Below the pieces are notes generated by a model. The model was not told the DNA's origin. It did no database searches and worked only from the letters and a program-made list of their open reading frames with translations. A stretch of 63,617 nt of DNA, counting the filler, from Sphacelaria rigidula (taxonomy: Eukaryota): the NCBI GenBank assembly GCA_964200075.2. It is 2 parts of 2 records of this genome, joined end to end, with 100 filler letters (N's around TTAATTAATTAA, not from the genome) between each part and the next. Parts side by side here need not be neighbours in the genome. Positions count along the whole stretch, not along the records: positions 31,918 to 63,617 come from CAXNAA020000046.1; 1 more part is not named here. One strand, 5' to 3'. Every line of letters starts with the position of its first letter. The first letter of the stretch is position 1. This document shows positions 47,101 to 59,100 of the stretch, one piece after another. A program made the translations under genes and the position numbers.

Positions 47101-50100
47101 TGCTTCGGTCTAGAGGAAGACGGGCTTGTTGGCACAGACAGTATCATTGACAAGTGCATGGGTCGCCATTGCCACACCTTCGACCCTGGGCTTGAGCTTC
47201 GTATGCGCGTGTTTCCAAATTATGCCCAAATTTACCCTCGGACCGCAAGGTCAGTCTTCTTTTGAATCGGCATCAATTTCAAGTGAAGAAAAGCATGCAG
47301 GATCCAGGAAGACTTCCCTCGCGGTCCAAGGGCAGATGCGCGCATATGGGGCTAAAGTCTGAACGCCGTAGTGGGTAGTGGCCCCAGGTGCAACTAGCGT
47401 TCAAAGTCTCGATAATATTTTTTGATTCAACTTATTATCACGTATATGAAATATATAGTGGAACTTCTCCGGATCAGACCCGCAACCATGGCAGTCTGGA
47501 GTATCAAAACCATAAGCCGCAGGGGGCCCTTTCAGAGCTGCTGAAATGGCTGGAGGAGGCGCACAAAAAATTATCGCAACTTTGTGCTCGTTTCAAGCAC
47601 ATCATGAGCTCGGCAGAAATATTATGCTCGCCAACGCTCTCGAAAAAGCTCATTTGAGCCCTCCAAAACCAAAGTTGAGCCAAACCTTACACGCGCATAC
47701 GAAGCTGAACCCTATTCGCCCCCCACATACTACGAAGTCACAGCGCAATCGCCATCTACAGGACGCCCACTCGCGGCACGCCCACCAATGGCATCTCCCC
47801 CCCTCCCTCCGTGTGGCTGTTTCACAACATGCGGATGGTGACATGAATGTAACGCCGCTAACCCGATCACGCGTGGTGTGCTAGTATGCCGTTGAACGTT
47901 TGTCCTCTGTGCATATGCAGTATGTAGTCATCTGGCGACCGGAAAAGTGTGCCCCTTGGACTGTGAGCGCGCCGGCCCCGAAGAGCGTGACCGCCTGACA
48001 GGCCGGGGTCATCCAGGGATTTCCAGGAAACGTGGATTGGTTTCCGACAGGGGGTGGGGTTCTGTCCGCACAACAGCTCAAGCTCACGAAGTCAAAATTG
48101 TGTGATATTTTCCAAGGCAGACTTTGAACCAAGAACAAGGCCCAATAGTAGCGGAGTGACTATTTCAAGCAGTCACGACTACCAAAATGTCACCTTGTTG
48201 CCCCATATATGGACTACCTCGCGGTCGAGCCTTACGCTTACCGTGACAATGAAAATCCAACCCAAATGGTGAAGGCACAGATGGCGTGCCTTATTCTCTT
48301 CTCGTAGTTCTTGCCGCCTGCTTGACCCCTGGTTTTTGTCAGCATATTCAACAACGTAGCGTCTCCGTAAAAAACTGAGCATATTCATCAGTAGCATGCG
48401 TTAAATAGTGTTGGAGAGAGAAAAATGACGTGCTGACTGTTTCTTGACGTTTTGTCAAGCCAACACAAGAAGCGCACGTACATGCTGACTCTGGTCGCAA
48501 ATGACTACAGAATCAGTATTGGCTATTCTCGGGGACTATCAAGTAGATGTCCAACATTTCTATGTCTGCGACGAAAAGCGTGTTGTTTAGCAAGAAAACG
48601 GCCATTTTAAGCCCAATTGTGGGATGGTCGATCTGAGTACATCTGCGTGGAGTTTGCAGCCTTTTGGGGTTGAGCATTCTCAAAGTCCTGGTGGATCGGG
48701 AGAGGCGGCCCACTGCGTAGCGCGTCGGCGCCCATGCGGTCAATCATTTAACCGCAGAGTAAAATATTTTATCGAGCACGTTTCACAGCACAAGGCCGGA
48801 TGTTTTAGCACACAAGTATTTTGCCCGACGGATTGTTCGCTTTTGGGACATTTGGCCCACCTTTTGACGCCCGAACAGGGAAAACCGCCAACACATGTCT
48901 CGGACACTTTGCATCACCCCACAGAGGGGAGCCCATTCTGCTTTTCAAATTCGCTTGGCTCCGAGGTTTCCAGATTGGCCGCTGAACAAAAGTTCCTGCG
49001 CAAAAAATCTGTGCTTGCCGACCCCCGCCAGTTTGCCTAACCTCTACGTATTCGTGACTTTGCAGCGGGTGAAATGTTTGAACAGGAACTGTCGGGGTGA
49101 GGAACTGACATATCGACTGCGATCCGTCACCAATGCCTCAAGTCTCTGATGGTTGATTCGACTTGACCAAATTCTCTGGAGAGACAGCATGCCCCCGAAA
49201 AACAGGGCATTGCATGTAATATGGTTCGTAAATACCCACATGGGTTCGAAAGTGTCCACTAGTTGTCTTTCGAGTCATGCCCTCATGCTTCGCAAGTAGC
49301 GCGCGCTGGCTACCGCCGTTGATGCAGTATGTGCAAGCGATTATTTCTGCCCATGCTTTCCCAGTGTTGCTCCTCCCTGGACGGTGCTGGCGCATACCAA
49401 GCATGTTCGGATTTACGGTGCAAATTTTGGTTCGCTCGTCTCCACTGAGCTTCTGTTTCACTCCCTAAGCGTGTTACATCAGCGGCAAAATTCGATACTA
49501 AACCACGTGAAGCTCACAAATGCACAGCACAAAACAACCTCTCAAGTTTTCCACATCAGTCCGATGTGAGCATGTCGCTGTGAACAGACCAACTTGGTCA
49601 TGCACCCTCTGCCGCAAAACAAAAGTGAAGAAATACACTGCATATTATATATTATGACCTCATGGACCTGACCGGATTCTGCGAAGTAAAGAGCATCTGC
49701 CGGTATTCGAACTCGTGACCTCATATCAGGAATCTTCCGCACCACTTGAATTACGTGGGTGCTATGGTGTCATCGAAAACGTTGCGTGCTCGGTTCGATT
49801 TTACGAGTTCCGAGCGGAAATTCTATCGGGATCTTCGCGGTAGTACATGATTCATTTCCGAGGTGGACTTTTTTTTTTTCGAGTTATGACGTTACCCAGT
49901 GTTTCTTCAAATTTCAAATCGCTATAACATCCCACTTTGTTTCTTTTCTAGCATTCCCCGATATGTTGCGCGTATTGATGAATTTCAATGTTGTCGAAAT
50001 TTCAGCACCCAACTCCTCAAATTTTGCACGCCATCACCCGATTACCAACAATAGCATCATAAGCTGGCCCAGCTCGTACTTGAGTTATATTTTGGTGGGT

Positions 50101-53100
50101 CCATCTCACTACCGAGGCCGATCCTGAGCGGTCGATGGGAGATTGCACAAGTAAGTTACTCATGAGTTCAGTTTACTTGTACATCTGCCATGTGTGATCG
50201 CAGGTACACGCCATTGATTTTTTCGTGAAGTGTAACATATGTGGCGGTCGAGAGCGGCACTGGGGTGGTTATAACGCCCTCCTAGCCGATGTGTCGTGAA
50301 CCCACTGTTCATTCAGCAGGCGGCACTGGCGTTGTTGTCCGTTTTCGATAATACGGAGGCAGTACTTTGAATCTTACCGCAAGCCGTCAAGACAATCCGC
50401 GCCTCACATGTCATGATGCCGAATGTTCAATGTGTAGATTGCAGCAGTGTGTCACAGACGCAGCTACGGCTGCGCATACCGCTGAGGTTCGGGTCTGCCT
50501 TTGAACGATGGATACTATTTATGCATGTGCTTTGTTTTCTTGATCACTTGCTGTCTGAGGATGATCTCAGTTGGTATGTTCGCAGTCTACATGGCGAAGA
50601 GGCCACGTGTTCTTTCAGTCAGTACCAGGACTTCCGGACTGGGCGCGATAGTTTCGCAGCCGCGGGGTTTGTTGTGGCGTGATTCTTACAGGGGTATCAG
50701 GTTGGAGTACAGCAACATGGGGTTGAGCTTTGTACGTGGATATTGTGGTGATTGCCCCAATTCCACATAGCGACATGATGGAATTTTTGACGATCTCACC
50801 GCGTGAGATAATACGCGGAAATGTGTCGGGCCGTAGACAACAGACTGCATCGACAGAAAGTGCACCACGTCCATATTATATAACAGAAGAAACGCTGCTG
50901 AGGCAGTTTCACCCTTGTCGTGGCTGACGTCTCTCGGACCCAGCCACTACTGTGTAGTGAACTCCTTGATGAATGGATGTGGAGGATGTGTTGGAACTGA
51001 CCCAGTTATGGGCGTATCACGCTTTATCAAATCGTCCTAATATCAAACTTTCGCCAAAGCACGGCTGAAATGTCAGTTCACTGCCGCTCGCTCGTGCGTT
51101 ACAGGCCAAGGTGGTAGATGCCACCCCTGAATTCACGATGAAAAATATTCCCTGGGGACGACCACTCTTGAGTCTCCTGCACCATGCACTTGTTGCTTGT
51201 TTTCAGGTCGACGAGGGCATCAAATTCCAGGCTTTTCGTGACTTTTTCCGTGTGTGAAACTAGACGATCACCGACGATAAATTGCTCGCCTGATGACGTC
51301 CAGTTACAGAACGGAATCGAGAGAGCCAGGAGAGCTCTTTTATCGAGCTCCAGATTATGATGGGTAGGTGAACTGATCTTATTTTCTCATCCTACTGTGG
51401 GTGTGGCTGGCGATGGATATGCGTCATGCGAACACGACAGGCCATTTCTACAACATGGGTCGTGCTGCAATCCGTCGTGAGTCAAGCGGCCGTCTTTGTT
51501 TTCAACATGAAAGAACGATATCTTCGCAAGATATCAATCGCTCCGTTTGCACACATCAATTTTCCTGCTGTGGAGTTGACCAATGTTGACTATCATTTAT
51601 TCGTAGGGCTGTGAACGGGACCAGTTTGTATTGGCAGTTGAAGTGGAACTGGAGTTAAACTGGAACTGGAGTTGAACTGGAACTGGTGATGACGACTCCA
51701 GTTTATTTGAAGTTTACCGTTACCGGCTATGTTCGTAACAATTTTTGAATAGTGAGAGTAAAGCAAAGATGCTCACATGAACATGAACAAAATGACGGGA
51801 ATTGGGGTCTGCACCTGACAACAGTACATGTACAGACAGTACACTACAGTACAGTACTCGTGGTCACTACACCACGAAGTGAAATTCCGGGTATACGCCA
51901 GGTTTGTCGTTTTATGGCACGATATTTGGAATTTGAAATAGCAAGCAGACGGTGATCCGCGACCACATAATACAACGTACATGCGTGCTTGTGGGTCCCG
52001 ACGTGAATCATTCTGCGCTCTTATCCACGCGTGCTGCTGGCCTTGGCTTGTTCTCATCCTCTCCTCACGGAGAGTCTGCTGCTACATATTACAGATGAAT
52101 ATCTTTCCAATCGCTCACCGTTCGGGAAGGATTTGAATGTCATCCGAGAGTGCCCGAAAAAAATCCGAGACCCAGTGCCCTTTTTTTGAATCTTGGAGTT
52201 TTTCGGGAGTGGTGGGGGGAGGGGGCGGGGGAGTTACAGAATACTCGACATATGAAAAGAAATGAAGAAAAAATGATTGAAGCTTGAATTCTTCGCATAC
52301 CTTCGGAGCCAAGTAAGACCACAGTATTTCATGGGTTTCGGCAAAACATTGCACATCACACATTCACGACAAAAACAAGACCAGACAAATACCACAATGC
52401 TCTGCAATGTTTTCTCAATCAAGCTGAACACATCTCTCTCACCGTCAAATTGTCTGCAATGTGCGTCACATCTTGTAGTGGCAAATTGGGCCAACAACAA
52501 TAGGGGCTGCTTCATCCAAGTCGTCCCAAAATGACTATCATAGAGTGTTTCTCGAAGTGGGGAGAAAATACTACGACCGCCAGAAGGGGGGCGGGGGGGG
52601 GCGGGGTACATGTGGTCTCGGAGGCTCATCTGTGCACTTCTGTGTCATCTGAGACTTTTAGCTCCCCAATGTGAGGAGTCACATTTTCTACAAATTTCCA
52701 CATTTTTTGGTTGAAAAACGCAATTTTCCTCGTATCCGGCGGCGCTCCCGCGAGGCCACCTCACCAGCCCGGGGGGGGGGCGTTGGCGGCTCGAGGCTCC
52801 ACCGCTCGCCGCCGATTGCTTTCAAGTTAATCGGCTACTAACTGGAAAATAATAGATGTACTGGCCGCTAGCGCGGCCATTTTAAACTTGACTGGCCAGA
52901 GCAGCCAGTTCACAGTCCTATTTATTAGAGCTCGGAAATGGTTTGTCTAACCATTAAGCAGTTGAATGGTTACGCGTAGCGCACTCATTAACGTGTAAAA
53001 TGGTATATTAATTCTTTGGTTATCGAGCGGCGCAGTCGCGAGCCAAGAAGCCCCTCCCCCGCAGAGGGAGCCCCGCCGGACGGAGGGCCCCGCTGGAGTC

Positions 53101-56100
53101 GCCGTGCCGGAGACACGTTTTTATGCGATTTGGCTTCACTAGAGCTAGAAGAAAACGATACACTGGGCCAATATTCAAAAGCTGTATGTGGCACGCGTGG
53201 CCGGTAACGGTAAATAATGGCTTCAAACCATTATCCAAACGTTACATGTAACCATTACCAGTATCACCATTACTACCATTATAATAATTGCCAGTTATAA
53301 CTGGCACCATTTCCGAGCTCTAGTATCAATTGATGGTTGGTAGTAATCGATTTGTGTGCCAAGAACGAAAATCGGGATCTCTAGTTGGGCTGACAGTCCC
53401 ATATGCCCCCCCCGTTCGCCAAACGTGTTTTTGGCCGAAGCGGCGCCGTAGGCGCCGATTTGAGTTCTAACAACGCCGCACTCTGCCTGGGAAGCACCTG
53501 CCCTAGGGTCCTCGACATGCCTCGAGTTGGGTATAGAAATAGAGCTAGCGATGATTGTGAAACGGGTCAATCATGAACATAGTGCAGTCCAACGCCGGTC
53601 AACTCACCTCTTTCCATGTGGTTTGCGTTCCTTGCCCACTCGACGGTACTTCAAAACTCGCCGCAAAATTCACTCGCACATTGTGGTAACACGGTTGCAA
53701 TGTAGCCGAAAACGCTCTCCCCTTCGTCGATGGGTCATGTGTTGCAGCATATGACCTGTCCTAGCCTGGCTTCATGGCGCTCGAATGTACCTTTTAACCC
53801 TTTTTTTCCCCCCGTGTTGCGCTTACTACCCGTGCCAGGGAGGTGAAGCTACCTGGAAAGGATTCCAAGAGCCCGCAGTCTTTCGCATTTGGGACACCTT
53901 ACGTGAAAATTCACGACACGCTGGCGAGTCAAGACGAGGAGCTGTTCCGACGGAATAGCGTGCTGGGGCTGCTGGCAAGGGACGCCGCCACCAAAAGGGC
54001 GCCCGAGCGGTGGCAAACCCTCGAGGGCGAGGAGGTGGCGTCTTTCGACGTGGTCGTTTGCTTCGAGAGCCGCGTCTTCGACCTGGTCGTGGAAGGTACA
54101 TGGTTGATTGATCTCATGGATGTGAAATAACTGTACTTCTAATTCTAGGGGTAGCGTGGGGAAGAGGGTCGTTACATGTGTGTATCAACATGAGAAAAAA
54201 ATGTGACGCGTTCCTCCGTGAACCTGTTGAGAGCGATGTTGGTCTTTATAGTGTGACGAAAATTAGAAACGTTCACGGTATTCTTCACACAGTACAGGCT
54301 GTTGGTGTCTGTCTCTCCCTCTGTGAGTTGGTTCATACGCTTCAACAGTGGTTTGTACTTTGGGGGAGTGCATCGAGTATGCCATAGAATTTTCCCTTTC
54401 TTCTTAGGTGTTACTGGTTGGTCGTTGTATTTCAAAGCCAGATGTAGAGAGTCGGAAGGCAGAGTGGTTGGTATAGTATGTGCGCCCTGATGAGCAAAGG
54501 GGAGGAGGCAGCGAGTACCACCAACCTAGCGGTTAACGTGGACCACTGAGAGCCGGCGCTCGACGGCATGTCACGTCGCCGCCGTATTTCGAAGTGGTGG
54601 GTTTGTCGCTTCTCGTGCCTTGGGCCATGTATGATCTGTCGGCATCTTTGACCGTGTCTAGCACCTGAACGCGGTTTCCTCTAGGGATCCCGTATAGCGT
54701 ACACCAAACCGCATTTCACCCGATGCCGACGGAATGCATAGTACGTCCGGCAATCGCACCTCCATCCCAACATCCATCATCGCCAGGAAGGTAAGTGGAG
54801 TCAAGTTTAGAGTTGTGGGTACACTTCTATATGCTGTGCTGTCTTCCTTCAAGGTTCCTAACTGTCCACATGATGTTCTATCCATACACCCGCCTGTCTT
54901 CTCTAACGGTTTCTTCCTGCGTACTGAATTGCTCCGGAGGTCGTGGAGAATGAGTTACCTGTTCGCGAATAACATGCACTAATGCCTTCCCGACACGGTT
55001 CGAATGTCCGCGTGCCACCTCTTGTCTAACTGCTTCCCGTCGTGATTGAGCACCTTCTTCAAATTTTTGATTTCTGATGTCATGAACCAGTTCCGTTACG
55101 CACTTGTTGAAAGTTGATCGTCGAGAACTCTTGTTTTGACCCGGTCACGTGCATTGGTACCGCCTTTTGCCATGGGCTGATGCCGTCCGTCGTGCATGGC
55201 TCGGATTGCGATGGAACCAACGCCTCGAAGCACGTAATGTCATGTCCGAGACTACAGATGAAGCGTCAGTCTGCGCCAATAGCCACAAGTGGGATCAGCC
55301 CGCTTACAGTCAGGGTGGGTTACTTGACTGTCTAATGGCATTTCCGAAGGGGACATGATGCCCGTTCATAATTTCTCGAGATCAAAGTTTACTGAACATG
55401 TTTTATGTACCCCGTTCTTGGAGTGCCTGCATCGTCCCTTGATTTGAGACACTAGAAATGGCGAAAGTACCTCATGTTCATGACCTCTCGTTTCATGAGC
55501 TGCCACAGTGATGGGGAGATGCCAGTATCGTCCCATACGGGAGGAGTAAGCACGGCATACATGGACTCTACATCAAGGGCGGAGCTATGGTCCCCTCCCT
55601 GGCCCCCCCACACCAAGTGGTTGTCTTCGCAAGTGACGGTGCCTGGGGTTTACTTTCATTTGTCGCGCGGAGGGGTGGTGTTCAGTCAGAGCACCCGGTA
55701 ACTCTCTTCGTGACATTTTGAAAATAAAATGGACGGTTGTGTTATTTGAGCTCACGTACAGTGTTCTCTTAGCAACGATCGCAGTGGACAGATGGAAACA
55801 AGACATCGAGCGAATTTTTGCGAAAGTAATCGCAGATTCGGAGCACAATAATACTCTCTAATTCCTCATGCCGTTTGAAAGACGCGCAGTATTTTCACCA
55901 ATGGCCTCCACATTTTTTCGCCCTTGTGCCCACAACCCCCACGTGTTCTATATCGGTTAACTGGATGTTTGACCGAATGCACAATTTATTCTTCGCCCGC
56001 GCGAACCAAGCGGCTGTGTTTGCATGCTTTCGCGGCAACGCCAAGGCATTTGCACGCCATGTCCGGGATATCCTTCTAATTTGCCACCAGGGAGGTGTGG

Positions 56101-59100
56101 TTTACATCCCACATCCCGCCAAGGAGCACGGTGCAGGGGTTCACCGGTTGGCAGTGCCCCTCGTGAACGAGATCATGGACGCACGAAGCGTCTCTCTTCG
56201 ACAGGTCTTCCTCACTTCTCTCTTCGTCGAGTCCGGGACTCGAATGAAAAGTCGTGCTTCGGGTCAGCCTAGTTCGGGAGCAACTGGTTGCTGACATTGT
56301 CTGATTTGTAGCGCCTTCTATCCAATGACATCACCATCGTGACGGAGGTCATGACCAGGGAACACGGAATGCGGTGTGACGCGGAACGAGTGAGGGTGCT
56401 TTGATGCAGCTGGTGGTACTGGTGGGGTTATTACTTGGGAAGGACAACGAGCTCTGACGCGAGTATCTCAATACTCGAACAGGAGGTGGAAGTCGATAAT
56501 GTTGATGGAATGCGAAGGGAATGCCACTGCCGCAACGTCCGAAGACGGGCGTCCGGGCGGAAGTGGTGATGAAGTTGCACCTGAGGAGTAGTGCTTTGAT
56601 TGACATCAAGTCATGACAACCTACTTTCATATGAAAGACTCCATCCTTTCCGACCTTCCCACAACTATTCGGGGGATTTCTAGCCTTCCGTTTCTCCACA
56701 GGGTATGTGCCAAAAGGCATTTTCACCTTGATTCCCGCTGTGAAATAAAAGATGCCTTTTTGCCCAAAAGTCGTACTTTCGCACATCTCCCTCGTAAGAA
56801 GGAAACACTGGAGACCCTTTTGTAATACATTCACGTAGGTCGAAAGGGGCGAAATCGTCGATACGAAAGTGGGTTTCCAAGACCTGAGGTCGGGAAGGTG
56901 CTGCTTGCACGTTGAACCTCACATTCCCGTTCAATACGATGTTCGGGATGTTTCACCCTCGAATACTGTTGGATCAGGAAACATCATCCCTCCCACGGAT
57001 GCGACGAATCATTACGACTACGAACCACCAAATCCACGGTTTCTTCGGCCTGACTGCCCCAAAAGGAGAATACAGTTGTCAGCTGGTCCAAGCGGCGTCT
57101 ACGCTACTTTTGCGCCGTTCCACGTGTCTGGGCTGCGTGTACCTTGACTAAAACGCTGAAAATAAAGCGCGAGGATTGATTCTTACGATTCGAATCAAGT
57201 ACACTAGTCAAATGAATTCTGGACGAATCGCTACTTGTCCGACACCTTTTCGCTCGGACACCGCTATGAAATTTCCCGAACTGCCCGAAACTTCGTATCG
57301 CGGCTGGCGAATCACGGCACGAGTCACGCCTTGGCCCGCTTTCCTCCAACACTCTCTGCCAGAAAATGAATCACTGCGCGGTTAGGGGAATGATGGTTGC
57401 TCACGTCGCAAGGTTCATGTTGTAGTTGAAACTTTGACCTACTCGAGGAGCCCCCCGGACATATCACGGCAGGGTCCACCCAGTCAGCACGACCCAAGTG
57501 CGCTACTTCGTACGTTCACCACCACTGTGGGGGGAAATCGATTTAAGTTGAGAGTTTTATATGTGAAGTCACGATTCGGTTCACGTGAGGACGAAGCCGA
57601 TTTGCGGGAGCCTCCCGACGTGATGATTGTTGACATGACCCTCTGGCACGCGCCCCACAGGGTAAGTGACATCGTTCCGAAGCTGAGGCTCCATCGCACG
57701 AGTCTTGCAGTAGTCACGTCGTGAATGCTGTAGACGCTAGATCGTGTCTCCGGCACACGACCTCTGCGCACCAAGCGCACGAGGTCCAGTCAACTGTGTT
57801 CCCGCACTGAAATTCTCGACCGTTCCACACATTTTCATTTGTCTCTACACATGGTGATGTACCGTCATCCATCTAGTGTAAGTAGGTCTGCAGGTCGGGC
57901 TTTCCGGTTTGACTCTTGGCCCCACATTTGACCCTCTTTCGGGCAAAAGTCGGTATGAGGTTGTTCCAACCTCGGTCAGCCGGTCATTCGTCTTTCATAC
58001 CTCGGTCAGATGCAAGTGTTCAATTTTCCTTTCAGCGTTCCTGAAGGGTTAACAAAACATATATCTCGGGAAAGTATCGATACATCAGCTTGTGGTCTAC
58101 TAAAGGAGGGAAGGAAGGAGCCCCGTAAAAAATGGTGTGTGTCTAGCTGTAGCGTCCGTGAGCATTTTCGCATCATGGTACTTCTGGGATGACGTGGCAT
58201 GGTGCCCCAACAGGTGTCAGATTCCACGTCAAGTTATGGAGGGTATTCTGCTGGGACGCACGTCCACTTCCTGCGGAAACTGTCCTGTATCTGAATTTCG
58301 ACTGACTTTCCGTGTATATAGTTTGGAGTCATCCGTTGAGCACATGAGGAGACACTAACCCACATACTTTGGGTACTGTATATTAGGATGATCGACCGAC
58401 CAACTACACCGTAAGATGAATGTGGGAGGAAGACCAAAATGAGCCAGTCACTGAAACCTACTCTTCAGAAGTTTACCATATAACTCGCAACAAGCGTCAA
58501 TCGAAATGACGATGACCCTCCAAAATAATGAACTGTTCACTCTAGTACATCATATCCCACAACAGACAAGCGGCGAACGATGCTGTATACTTGCACACAG
58601 GGTTACGACACCTGGGCATGAGCTGCAGCTCGTTATATTCCTCTTTTTGAAGTCTACTGTACCCCCTCTTTTAACGCAGTTTCTTCGGCAACGTGGTGGA
58701 GGATTGGACTGCGGTTTGATGCATGCGCTTCCCACACGCGACTAGTCAGGAATTTTGGTTGAGAGAGCCTTCACTCACGGGCCCAACTGTTTGGCTTGGA
58801 GGGCCTCGCAATCCTTTCAACAGGCGCTCGAAGAACAATCCCAATTGTCACATTGGCAAGACCCAATGCTCATCGAGGTCGATGATGAGCTTGATTTGAG
58901 CATGTTTTGAGACGGAACTCATCCCCCTCAACCGTGAGCCTTGAACGCGACCCAAAGAGATTGTCTGCACCGCTGACCTTTTCGTCCAAGTGAAGACGTT
59001 ACACATGCCCATGCTTGGTTCATCGAGTAGTTGTCGATAATGTCCCCGATTACACACCCGTGAAGAATTCATGGTTGGTCGAATACGACTGAAACTTTCA

